This document shows, piece by piece, positions 23,201 through 31,621 of a stretch of DNA of 39,649 nucleotides. The DNA is from a virus. The stretch lies in the IMG/VR virus record IMGVR_UViG_3300045988_106623, one strand, 5' to 3'. The first letter of the stretch is position 1, and each line of letters opens with the position of its first letter. Both the position numbers and the translations under genes were made by a program. The notes beneath the pieces are model-generated. The model made no database searches. It saw nothing but the letters and a program-made list of their open reading frames with translations, and was not told the origin of the DNA.

Positions 23201-23308
23201 ATGAGCCCAAAGGATTGGTTTGATGTCATCAACGGCATCATCGCCAACGTCATCGCCGCAGCCGCGCTAGCCATCGCAGTCAAGCGAAGACCGAAGCACA
23301 AGAAGTAA
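23201..23308 (+). CDS. Small hydrophobic peptide (35 aa, one TM helix, basic C-terminus)
   Basis: MSPKDWFDVINGIIANVIAAAALAIAVKRRPKHKK. Strong RBS gaaaggagg 7 nt upstream. Confidence 0.55.
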   Translation: MSPKDWFDVINGIIANVIAAAALAIAVKRRPKHKK

Positions 23309-23341
23309 AAAAGGTTCCGGCTAGACCTATTAGCCGGAACC
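23307..23341 (-). terminator. Rho-independent terminator active on the minus strand
   Basis: 10-bp stem ggttccggct/agccggaacc with a 9-nt loop, followed on the minus strand by U6 (23307..23312). Confidence 0.55.
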
Positions 23342-23374
23342 TCCCGCCAATCCTATCCCATCGGAGAACGCATC

Positions 23375-23545
23375 ATGAGAACATCACTGATCTTCGGAAT
23401 CGTCGCCGTGGTATTCGGTGCCGTGGCCTTGGTCGGCGCACTGTCCAGCAGCCCGATAGTATCGGGCGGCTTCGGTCTCGCGGCCGGAATCATGGGTCTC
23501 GCGGCCGGAATCATCAACGGCAAGGACGGCGACAATGGCGACTGA
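23375..23545 (+). CDS. Small membrane protein (56 aa) with an in-frame 21-bp tandem duplication
   Basis: MRTSLIFGIVAVVFGAVALVG...GLAAGIMGLAAGIINGKDGDNGD. RBS ggaga. Overlaps the next ATG by 11 nt. Below the ORF-track cutoff. Confidence 0.5.
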   Translation: MRTSLIFGIVAVVFGAVALVGALSSSPIVSGGFGLAAGIMGLAAGIINGKDGDNGD

Positions 23546-23738
23546 ATATCTCGGCGTCAAACAGGTCGCAGAACGCCTTGGCATCACCAGTGGCGGCTTG
23601 CTCAACCTCAAGCTCCCTGAGCCCGACGCCACGATAGGGCGCACGCGCGGCTGGTTGCCTGAGACCATCGATGAATGGAACGCTCAACGTCCGGGACGTG
23701 GTGTCGGAGGGGGGAGACCACGCAAAAACAAAGCATAG
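23535..23738 (+). CDS. HTH_17/excisionase-family DNA-binding protein
   Basis: 67 aa: LGVKQVAERLGITSGGLLNL...GWLPETIDEWN, with a basic tail. Confidence 0.6.
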   Translation: MATEYLGVKQVAERLGITSGGLLNLKLPEPDATIGRTRGWLPETIDEWNAQRPGRGVGGGRPRKNKA

Positions 23739-23745
23739 ATACGCG

Positions 23746-23773
23746 AAAACCCAGCCACATGAGCTGGGTTTTT
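23746..23773. terminator. Bidirectional rho-independent terminator between convergent genes
   Basis: gaaaa-cccagc-cacatga-gctggg-ttttt. Confidence 0.7.
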
Positions 23774-23792
23774 CGATACTAATCCACTGACA

Positions 23793-24569
23793 TTATGCGG
23801 TCACAGTCAGCTCTTTGTCAAGTCCGCCACTGATGACGAGCCGGTAGACGCTGCTGTATGAAATGCCTTGGGGCGTGACATCAAGCTTGCCTCGGGATTT
23901 CCACACGGTGAGCGTATGCCTTTTGACGGTGATTCCCGCGTCCGTGAACACCTTGGCTATCTCAGCCGCAGACCCGCGCCTGGAATCATCCCAACACAAC
24001 GTCTTGAGCCTACGCAGTTTAACCGTCTGCGCTCGCTGTTCCCTCCCGCAGACCGGGCATGTCACCCACTGGTCTGCTGCCCCAGCGGTGAGCATGGTCT
24101 CGCATAGTTCGCAGGTTCCTATCTCGCGGCGTTGCTCCGGCGGGTCCAGCGCAGCATCGACTTTGCGTGCGATGCCGTCAACGACGTGCATGTAGAAGCC
24201 CGCGTCCGCGAACGTGGCGAGCCTGGGGTGGCCTGCGCATGCGATGAGCGTGGCCTTCAGATCCTCGTTGCGTTTGTCTTTGCGCCAGTCCAAGGCGTCG
24301 ATGCCGTCGAGGCAACGCCATAGTTCACGGGCCGTGGCGTCGAGCATGTCGATCAGGTCGAGCACGTCGAGCCTGATTGGAGTCGGGGGAGTGGCGGTCT
24401 GGATTCGCGTGGGCGAATGCCCGCCCGGATGCAGGGTCGCGTCCAACGAGTCATGCAACGGCGTGACGTCGCGCGCCAGTCGCAGGAGCGTGCCGGCGAA
24501 ACGCAGTTCGCACGTCTCGCACAGTGAATATCCCCCTTCGGTTATCGTTTTGCAGTTCTGGCAGTTCAC
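23793..24569 (-). CDS. Zinc-ribbon protein with a C-terminal HTH-like region (candidate regulator at the early/late boundary)
   Basis: 258 aa with CQNC..CETC and CELC..CPVC. GTG start with RBS ggaagggg. Last early gene. Confidence 0.45.
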   Translation of the reverse strand: MNCQNCKTITEGGYSLCETCELRFAGTLLRLARDVTPLHDSLDATLHPGGHSPTRIQTATPPTPIRLDVLDLIDMLDATARELWRCLDGIDALDWRKDKRNEDLKATLIACAGHPRLATFADAGFYMHVVDGIARKVDAALDPPEQRREIGTCELCETMLTAGAADQWVTCPVCGREQRAQTVKLRRLKTLCWDDSRRGSAAEIAKVFTDAGITVKRHTLTVWKSRGKLDVTPQGISYSSVYRLVISGGLDKELTVTA

Positions 24570-24592
24570 GTTGGCCCCTTCCGGCTGGTCGG

Positions 24593-25099
24593 CTAGAATA
24601 ATGTTTGCTTCTCATCGCCCTGGCCGACCATGGTTGGGGCTTTCTCGTATTTGAGCCGCGAATACGGCATATTCCAGATGCGTTTGAATTCGGCTATCTC
24701 CTGTTTCGACAGTCTCGGCCCGCCCCACGGTTTGCCCGGCGGACGGTCTCTTTTCGGCGGCGTGAACGGTTTGACGCTCACCCGAGCCAAATGGCATGTA
24801 TGCCCGGCGAGGTATTGGCCATCCGGCCTGATGCCCGCGCTCCCGCTCACGCTGCGCAACAACGGATAGCCGACTGATGGCAGCCATGTAACGCGCGTCA
24901 ACGGGCGGCCGAGGATTATCGCCACGGTCAGGTCGTCACCCGCCACACACCCGTAATCCCACGACTCCCACACGGTTTCCCGATCCTCGATGACGTACAG
25001 GCCGCACCCCTCGCAGACGGTGACAACGAGGGGACTCGTTTTCGGGATGAACGCGCGAAGCCATGCGGGCTTGCGTTCACGGGCGCGTGGCCTGCTCAC
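24593..25099 (-). CDS. Hypothetical protein
   Basis: GTG at 25099 in a GTGA overlap with the upstream stop. The start is uncertain (the track gives 25159). Confidence 0.45.
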   Translation of the reverse strand: MSRPRARERKPAWLRAFIPKTSPLVVTVCEGCGLYVIEDRETVWESWDYGCVAGDDLTVAIILGRPLTRVTWLPSVGYPLLRSVSGSAGIRPDGQYLAGHTCHLARVSVKPFTPPKRDRPPGKPWGGPRLSKQEIAEFKRIWNMPYSRLKYEKAPTMVGQGDEKQTLF

Positions 25100-25338
25100 C
25101 CCTCCATTGCCTTTCTTCTTGCCGCGTCGAACGCGATTCTGATGATGTTCTCCAACCACGCGCCGGGGAGCGTGATGAACTTTCTGGTTTCGTCCATGGC
25201 GGCGGCAATCTCCTCTTCGGTGATTTCACGTGACGCTCCGGCCTTGTATCCTTGTCCCCACGCCCACTGCAGGCCACTGTCGACGTACGACGGGTCACGC
25301 TGCTTCTGCGCCTCGATTTCACTGCTGATGATGCTCAT
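25096..25338 (-). CDS. Hypothetical protein
   Basis: 80 aa, translationally coupled on both sides. Confidence 0.5.
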   Translation of the reverse strand: MSIISSEIEAQKQRDPSYVDSGLQWAWGQGYKAGASREITEEEIAAAMDETRKFITLPGAWLENIIRIAFDAARRKAMEG

Positions 25339-25514
25339 TCGTTTCCTCCGTTTCGTTGTTGATTGCAGTTTCGATTCGTATGCACAGGTCGAGCGCTTCC
25401 CCGCCAGCCGGCCTGGTAGCCGAGCACATACGCCTCTGCCGGCGACTCGCTGCCCAATCCCGCTGAGGCCAGTGCGCTGAGCGCCCGTTGAATCACGTCA
25501 ATCGGTCCGGCCAT
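25335..25514 (-). CDS. Hypothetical small protein (59 aa)
   Basis: ATG at 25514, 3 nt after the upstream stop. Its stop overlaps the next ATG (ATGA). Below the ORF-track cutoff. Confidence 0.4.
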   Translation of the reverse strand: MAGPIDVIQRALSALASAGLGSESPAEAYVLGYQAGWRGSARPVHTNRNCNQQRNGGNE

Positions 25515-25517
25515 GGG

Positions 25518-25742
25518 TCAGTCCTCCCATTTGATGTCCTGGATTTCATGCAGCACCGCTTCGCAGGCGGTGATGAGTACGCTGAGCATACGGCGGCCGT
25601 GATGTCCTCTCCGGTCAAGGTTGAACAGGACGGGATGGCCTTGACTCCACTGGTCGATGCCGATGGAGGCGATTGGGATGGTTTCGACCAGATTGGTGTC
25701 AGCATCCTCACAGCGGTATTGGATGGTGACGGATTCTTTCAT
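25518..25742 (-). CDS. Hypothetical protein
   Basis: 74 aa with ATG at 25742. Confidence 0.5.
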   Translation of the reverse strand: MKESVTIQYRCEDADTNLVETIPIASIGIDQWSQGHPVLFNLDRRGHHGRRMLSVLITACEAVLHEIQDIKWED

Positions 25743-26110
25743 GCTTCCTCGCTTTCAGTCGTGTAACAGTTCGCGTCGAGCCAGTCGGCGATGACGCGGA
25801 AGTCCTTGGCCCATTGGATGCGGTTTTCCCGCTCCCGCTCGTCCTTGGGAGCTGGTTTCGGCTCATTGAGGTTGAGTAGTCCGTATTCGGGTTTCTTCAG
25901 ATAGTGGCAGCGGGCGCGTCCGCGTCCCTTGCCGGCTTGCTTGTAGTTGATGAGCTGGAGTATGTGCAGCATCTCCAACGCCTTGGTCGGATCGAAGTTC
26001 GGGGTCTCAGAATCCGCATCGAAGCGCTTTCGAAGCTCGGGCGTGGTTCCCTCTCCATTGCCAAGCTCCCATGCGGTCGCTTCGATCTGCTCCCTGAATG
26101 TGAGTGCCAT
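25739..26110 (-). CDS. Hypothetical protein
   Basis: 123 aa from ATG 26110 (RBS aaaggaga). The upstream part of the track ORF covers the iteron region. Confidence 0.5.
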   Translation of the reverse strand: MALTFREQIEATAWELGNGEGTTPELRKRFDADSETPNFDPTKALEMLHILQLINYKQAGKGRGRARCHYLKKPEYGLLNLNEPKPAPKDERERENRIQWAKDFRVIADWLDANCYTTESEEA

Positions 26111-26143
26111 CTTCCGGTCTCCTTTCTGACGTTTTCTTGATTG

Positions 26144-26317
26144 GGAACAACTAGTGTCGTTGACGTGCTTTTTTTGCTGTTCCGGAGGGCCGAGTCGCAG
26201 TTGTTCCCGCACCCACCCACACACGTAGTGTGGGTGGGGAGTGCTGGGAACAGCTGGACATCGCTACTCCAGTTGTTCCCGGAACAACTCGGAACAACTG
26301 GGAACAACGGGAACAAC
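26144..26317. repeat. Iteron cluster (8-mer GGAACAAC, 8 copies) plus an 11-bp hairpin; candidate replication origin
   Basis: Direct copies at 26144, 26281, 26291, 26301 and 26310. One degenerate copy at 26247. Inverted copies at 26200 and 26272. Hairpin cccacccacac/gtgtgggtggg at 26212..26238. Confidence 0.6.
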
Positions 26318-28602
26318 TAGATTTCGAGATGGTTTTCCTTATCCAATTCGCTCGCCTCCTCCCTGCTCATCCGATCCACGAAAGCGTCCGATTTCGGGTC
26401 GTTCATCTGCCGGTATGGTCTGACGCTGGCGTAGATGTTCCGGTTGTTGCGTCCGGAGCGGCTGCTGATCCATTCGCCTTCGAGCAGCCGGTTGATGGCG
26501 GTGAGCACGGTGGTCTTTCGCGCGCTTGACCCGTCATCCTTCAATAGTTCGATGATTTCGGTCTGGTTCGGCTCCTCGGGTGCGTTCTCGATGATTCGGC
26601 TGATTTTCTCCATGAGTCCCGTTGGCCGTTCGAGGCCACGCTGACGCGCGGTCTCCTCGCTGGGCATCATGTTTGGTCTGGCTATATTCACGCGCATGAG
26701 TTTCGGATCCGTGGAGTTGATTTCGATTCGCGCGGCTTCGCGCAGGTGGCTGCCGTCGCTGCTCCAGTTGACGGCGCAATGCTCTTCGATCTCGCTGATT
26801 CGGTCTTTGCCGCTTTTGATGACGATGGTGCCTTTCACTCCTTTGCCGACGGGTTTGGTCATGTCCACGCTGTAGCTGATGCCGTCGATGAGGGCGAGTT
26901 TCTGCATGCTGCCGCCGGCGTAGCGGCCCCGGTTGTCCTTGCTTTTGACGACGTGGTCGATGAGTACGACCGCTGGCCCGCATGCCGAGATGAGTCGGGG
27001 CATGGTGTTGTACCAGGTGGCGATGTCGTCACCGCTGTTGCTGTCGAGGCCGGCGTAGGCGAGGCAGCTGGTGACGCCGTCGATGACGGCGAGCGTGGCG
27101 GTGTCGGCGTAGTCGAGGGTTTCGCGCCAGCCGCCGAGGCTGGTGGGGCTGCTGGGCTTCGCGGACGGGCGCACGTAGTGCAGGTGACCGATGATCTGTT
27201 CGCCGGATACGCCGAGCAGCAGGAGGCGTTTGACCACGTTGCGTGCGGAATCCTCGTAGTCGATGTAGATGACGTCACGGTCTGCCTTCAATTCCTGCGC
27301 GGTGGCGATTTGGGCGATCATGCTTTTGCCGCAGCCGGGTTCGCCGTGCAGGTCGTTGACCGCGCCCCTATAGAAGAGGCCTTGGCCGTCCTCTCGTTGG
27401 AACACGGTGGGCGTGGGCGGCAGTTCAATGCCGGATGCCAACTGGGCGAGGTCTTCGAACTGCCAGCTGGAGGAGGCGTTTTTACTTGCCTCGTGACTTT
27501 CCATTGAACCGTTTTGAACCGATGCGACGGGTGCAGAACCGGCTTGAACCGGCATTGTTCCAGTGTTTTGAACTGCTTCCGGGTGACTTTCCTCCATTTG
27601 ATTCGCAATCGTGTTTTGGGTGAGTTCGTTGAACTCGCCGGGCGTCATGCGTTCGATTTTCGACTGTTCGCACGGGTCCGCGTGCGACTGTATGCCGTTG
27701 ACCTTCTCCATCGCGCCGGAGAGTATCGCCGCCCATTCGCGTGCCGCCTCACGCTCCTTGCCCGGACGGTCGGGTGCTATCTCGGCGATGAACCGTGGTT
27801 TGAGCTGGTTGATGGCGTCGAGCGCGCCGCGATGGCCTTCCTGCGCGAAGTTCACCAATGCCCATACGGCCTGCAACGTGGTGTCGTGGCGACTGCCTTT
27901 GCTGGCCGGGTTTGACAGCGTTTTGTTCAAAAATGTGTTGATGGCTTTGCACATACGGGTGTCGTATGTGCCGGTTTCGTGTGAAATCAGGGTATTGAAG
28001 GCTGGTTTCGGCGTCGTATGCTCCGGTTTGCGCAGGTAGTCCACCCACTTCCACGGCAGGGTAGCCAGATCGCTGATATGGGGGATCTGGCTGGTGGTCG
28101 AGCCGCTGGGAGTGTACCAGCAGTACATCTCGCCGGAAGGGTGAATCGACGGCCAGACCACGCTGTACCTGTGGCCGGGCTGCAGGATGTCGACGCCCTC
28201 GATTGCACCGCCCTTCCACGCGAGCCCTTCGGGCACCTTGTAGAACAGGTGGCGTGCCGGCGAATCGATGCCGTGCGACGTGCTGCTCCACGTGGCCGGC
28301 AATGCTCCCAGCTCCTGGCTGAGTTCGCTGATGCCTTTCGCCCCGTCTGCCTTGACCTGGTGCCCTTGTTCGGCGTCGATGTCCAGAACCAATACGCCTT
28401 CGGGGATGACGATGCCCGTGTTCGCAGTCGGATCCGACTGCGACCAGAACCGCACCTGCTCGTCGGTGACGGGTTTGCGGCTGCGTCCAGTGAAACCGCT
28501 GGGTGGTGGGGTCTTGCGGCCTTCCGGCAGGGGGATGACCTGCATCCAGCCCGCCGCACGGTACAGTGGCGCGGCTGCCGCGTATCCGTAGATGTCGGTC
28601 AT
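26317..28602 (-). CDS. Bifunctional primase-polymerase / RepA(DnaB)-like helicase
   Basis: The N-terminus has the LVLDIDAEQGH prim-pol acidic motif, there is a central Walker A GEPGCGKS, and the C-terminus looks like a winged helix. ATG at 28602 with RBS aaaggag. Confidence 0.8.
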   Translation of the reverse strand: MTDIYGYAAAAPLYRAAGWMQVIPLPEGRKTPPPSGFTGRSRKPVTDEQVRFWSQSDPTANTGIVIPEGVLVLDIDAEQGHQVKADGAKGISELSQELGALPATWSSTSHGIDSPARHLFYKVPEGLAWKGGAIEGVDILQPGHRYSVVWPSIHPSGEMYCWYTPSGSTTSQIPHISDLATLPWKWVDYLRKPEHTTPKPAFNTLISHETGTYDTRMCKAINTFLNKTLSNPASKGSRHDTTLQAVWALVNFAQEGHRGALDAINQLKPRFIAEIAPDRPGKEREAAREWAAILSGAMEKVNGIQSHADPCEQSKIERMTPGEFNELTQNTIANQMEESHPEAVQNTGTMPVQAGSAPVASVQNGSMESHEASKNASSSWQFEDLAQLASGIELPPTPTVFQREDGQGLFYRGAVNDLHGEPGCGKSMIAQIATAQELKADRDVIYIDYEDSARNVVKRLLLLGVSGEQIIGHLHYVRPSAKPSSPTSLGGWRETLDYADTATLAVIDGVTSCLAYAGLDSNSGDDIATWYNTMPRLISACGPAVVLIDHVVKSKDNRGRYAGGSMQKLALIDGISYSVDMTKPVGKGVKGTIVIKSGKDRISEIEEHCAVNWSSDGSHLREAARIEINSTDPKLMRVNIARPNMMPSEETARQRGLERPTGLMEKISRIIENAPEEPNQTEIIELLKDDGSSARKTTVLTAINRLLEGEWISSRSGRNNRNIYASVRPYRQMNDPKSDAFVDRMSREEASELDKENHLEI

Positions 28603-28703
28603 CCTTGAAACTCCTTTGATGTGATGTGAATATGTGTGGTGCCGTGCACGCCTTTGCATGCGTGCCGGCCGCTTGGATACGGCTACGGCGGTCGGGACTG
28701 GAC

Positions 28704-28880
28704 TCAGTCCTTGTCGGAATCCTTGCTCTTGTGCCAGCCCAGGAGCACGAGTCTCACGCTCATGAGCTGGAGGCTTTCCGAGTCGACGTCACGGAAACCG
28801 TCCTGATCGGAGGCGAGGGAATCCATGTCTTTCATCAGCTCGAGCCACTGGTTCTACAGGTGTTTCAGCAGTTCGTCCAT
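28704..28880 (-). pseudogene. Small coupled ORF interrupted by an in-frame TAG at codon 9
   Basis: Reads MDELLKHL*NQWLELMKDMDSLASDQDGF...KDSDKD. Its ATG overlaps the upstream TGA (TGATG). The TAG is at 28854..28856. Confidence 0.35.
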
Positions 28881-29825
28881 CAGAATTCACCGGTTTCCAA
28901 TTGCTGTTCCGAGCCGCCGTGGTTCTGCGGCTGCGCCTGGTCGGTGACGGCCGTCACCGCTTCGACCGGCACGCCCAACAAGGCGGCGATCTCCTGCGGC
29001 GGCTTGCCCAACGCCTTCAACTGGTTGACCTTCATCGGATCCACCTGCTGCTGGCCGAGCTGCACAGGCTGAACAGATTGCTGCTGGCCCTGCTGTGCGG
29101 GCGGGTTCCACGGGTCGGTTGGGGCCGGCTGATACCCCTGATTCGGGGCCTGTGCCGCCTGCTGTGCGGCGTACTGCTGCTGCGGGTAACTTTGCTGGGG
29201 CTGCTGCTGGAAGGGCTGCTGTGCGGGCTGCTGGGGCTGGCCCATGGCGAGATCGGCCGGCGACTGGTGTTCGATCACGTATTCGAACAGTTTCGGCGGC
29301 TGTGGCAGATTGCCCTGCGGCCCGTAGCCGGTGAACGTGGCCGTGAACCGGTGTGGCCGTGAACCGGTCGCCCGGTTTGACCTCACCGGCCTTCTTCAAA
29401 CCGGCGTTGCGCAATGCCTGCAGCCATGCGCGGCGCTGCACGCCCCACCCCTTGATATAGACGGTGCGGCGTCCGTCATCATCCTCCACGTTCGGGTCGA
29501 TGATGCCGGTGTCGATGGTGACCAATACCTGCAGGCGAGGCGAGCCGTCGTTCCAGAACGCCGGCTGCTTGGTCTGGAAGTCACGCACCTGGTTCGCGGT
29601 CACGTTCTCGATGATGCCGGTCACCCTCGTGCCCGGCATGCTGTCCTTCGTGAACGCGGACTTGCCGGACTGCGAGTCGATCTGGTTGAGCATCTGCTCC
29701 GCGCTCATCTTCGGAGCCATCGGAGCCGGCTGATAGCCGCCATACTGCTGCTGGCTGTAAGCCTGCTGTTGCGGATATCCCTGCTGGGGATAGCCGTACT
29801 GTTGCTGTGGTTGTTGACCGAACAT
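28880..29825 (-). pseudogene. Gln/Pro-rich early protein (possible ssDNA-binding role, uncertain) frameshifted by a 16-bp tandem duplication
   Basis: The N-terminal part reads MFGQQPQQQYGYPQQ...GDRFTAT. The C-terminal part continues in another frame as FTGYGPQGNLPQPPKLFEYVIEHQ...Q-rich. Removing one 16-mer gives a 309-aa ORF. Confidence 0.75.
29337..29368. repeat. Perfect 16-bp tandem duplication gtggccgtgaaccggt x2
   Basis: Copy 1 is 29337..29352 and copy 2 is 29353..29368. RFTAT is encoded twice, in different frames. Confidence 0.95.
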
Positions 29826-29839
29826 TGCGTTTCCTTTCG

Positions 29840-30847
29840 TTATTCGGTGAACTGGTATTCGGATTCGATTAGGGGGATGAGTTGGAGCCATTTGTCGGGC
29901 ACGTCCGGCCACGGCTTCTCGTCGAACTCGGGGAGCGCGCTCATGTCCGGCCACACGCGGCCCTTGCATGAGAAGCACTTGTCGGGGCCAGCCGCGGGCA
30001 GTTGCTTTATCCAGCTGTCGCGCACCTCCGCGCCGTCCGCCTGTTCGATGATGTCCATGAGGTTGACGAGCAGTTGGGCTCGGGCCAACGCCCATTTGCC
30101 GGGCTTCGCGTCGAACCTGGTCTCCCATGGCAATGCGTCACCCAACGAGGTCTTGTTGCGGGGCAGGAAGTAGATGCAGTTGCGTTCCACCCGCTCGCCC
30201 TCGTTCTGCAGTCCCATGCCGTAGAGCGAGGCCTGCACCCGATACTGCTGGCTGGGGCCGTGCGCCTTGACCTTCGTGACGGTCGTGTTGCCGACGATCT
30301 TCCAATCGATGGTGCTATGGGTTTTGCGATCCCAGAGGTCGATGCTGCCGGTCACGTCGTAGCCGCCGTGCAAACCCTGCAACCGGCCTACGGTGACCCG
30401 GTACTCCGAGCGCCACCGTTCCACGAGCTCGGTCACGTTGTCCTCGCTCGTGTAGGGGAATTGGAACGCCGGCTCCCCGTTCAGGTCATAGAACATGGTT
30501 TCGAAATGCGCGTGGACGCACGTGCCGATGAACGGCAGCCAGCCCGGGGAGCGACGCTCCGGCCAGCCCGCCAGTTTCGCGGCGAGGCAGTGCACGCAGT
30601 CCGTGCCCAGTTCGGACGGGCCTATCTCACGCTGCAGTTCGCGCGGAGCGTTGGCGATATCCGCTTCGATGAGCTGGCGAATCTCCGGCCACAGTTGCGG
30701 CTCCTCCACGGTGCCGATTTTGGTTTTCGGAGTGACTGGCGGCTTGCCCATATCGGGTGCCGACTGCGTCATGGGCGGTATGTCCACGGGGATCGCATCA
30801 CCCTGTTGGGCTTGTGCGACGGCGAGAATGGCCTCATTCATGCTCAC
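29840..30847 (-). CDS. PD-(D/E)XK nuclease, Cas4/RecB-like, with four-Cys cluster pattern
   Basis: 335 aa with GSIDLWD...TIDWK (D..D.K), QQYRVQASLY (QxxxY), and CVHC near the N-terminus plus CFSC near the C-terminus. Confidence 0.65.
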   Translation of the reverse strand: MSMNEAILAVAQAQQGDAIPVDIPPMTQSAPDMGKPPVTPKTKIGTVEEPQLWPEIRQLIEADIANAPRELQREIGPSELGTDCVHCLAAKLAGWPERRSPGWLPFIGTCVHAHFETMFYDLNGEPAFQFPYTSEDNVTELVERWRSEYRVTVGRLQGLHGGYDVTGSIDLWDRKTHSTIDWKIVGNTTVTKVKAHGPSQQYRVQASLYGMGLQNEGERVERNCIYFLPRNKTSLGDALPWETRFDAKPGKWALARAQLLVNLMDIIEQADGAEVRDSWIKQLPAAGPDKCFSCKGRVWPDMSALPEFDEKPWPDVPDKWLQLIPLIESEYQFTE

Positions 30848-31232
30848 GGTTCTTCACCTCCTTCAAAAACTCGTTGATCTGTTTCTTGATGTCCGTGAGT
30901 GCGGTCCGGCTGAGCCGTGTGATGGCCACCGCCTCGTCCGAATTGTCGAAGCGCAGCGTGTAGGTGCGGTCGCCGTCCTTCGCGATGGTTACCGGCATGC
31001 TGCCGAAGGCCATCGAATGCACGGGGAAGCCGGTCTTGCCTTGCGTCTCCAGTTCGCGTATGGCCTTGTGGATGCGTCTGGCGACGGTGAGGCCCAGCTC
31101 GTCGAGCCGTTCGGAGCGGATGACGTACAGGTCGTCGGTCAGCTCGTTGCCGTCCTCGTCACGCAGGTCGTAGTCGGCGATAACGCTTTCCACGATCTGG
31201 GCGATGCCCAGGCTGGACAGTTCCGCGCTCAT
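30834..31232 (-). CDS. Hypothetical protein
   Basis: 132 aa, overlapping its neighbours. Confidence 0.5.
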   Translation of the reverse strand: MSAELSSLGIAQIVESVIADYDLRDEDGNELTDDLYVIRSERLDELGLTVARRIHKAIRELETQGKTGFPVHSMAFGSMPVTIAKDGDRTYTLRFDNSDEAVAITRLSRTALTDIKKQINEFLKEVKNREHE

Positions 31233-31621
31233 GAGACCACCACCATAGGCTTGCCGCTCATCGCGTAATCGGCCACCGCGTCCGCCGACAGCAGCTTCTC
31301 CAACTGGCTGAGCGGCCGCGGCCGCAACTGGTAGGCTCCGGGATACTTGGTGGCCGGGTAGGCTTTTTCGAACGTGCCGGCGTTGATGCGGCGCGCGCCC
31401 GGCTTGACCTGCACTTTCAGGTTGCCGGCCTGGTAGGTGCCGGCCGGATGCGAGTCGAGGATACGGGCCTTCAGCTCGTCGACCTCCTCCTGACGGGACG
31501 CGATCTCGGCCTGCAGTTCGACGATGCGCGCCGCCTGCGCGGCGAACAATCCTTGGCGCAATTCCCCGTCCGGGTTCACGGCCTCCGTGGTTTCAATGGT
31601 TGACGTGTCATTCGCAGTCAT
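31229..31621 (-). CDS. Hypothetical coiled-coil protein
   Basis: 130 aa with an N-terminal coiled coil (IVELQAEIASRQEEVDELKARI). Confidence 0.5.
   Translation of the reverse strand: MTANDTSTIETTEAVNPDGELRQGLFAAQAARIVELQAEIASRQEEVDELKARILDSHPAGTYQAGNLKVQVKPGARRINAGTFEKAYPATKYPGAYQLRPRPLSQLEKLLSADAVADYAMSGKPMVVVS

Noticed and set aside
26144-26317. Possible CRISPR array
   Set aside because: The repeats are only 8 bp long and are separated by 1-2 nt or irregular gaps. Some are inverted and there are no spacer-sized units. They are better explained as iterons.
28887-30128. 413-aa minus-strand ORF spanning the Cas4-like gene end and the Gln-rich gene
   Set aside because: The upstream part overlaps the nuclease gene in another frame and has no RBS. 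The downstream part is the off-frame continuation created by the 16-bp duplication. The real start is the ATG at 29825 with RBS aaaggaaa.
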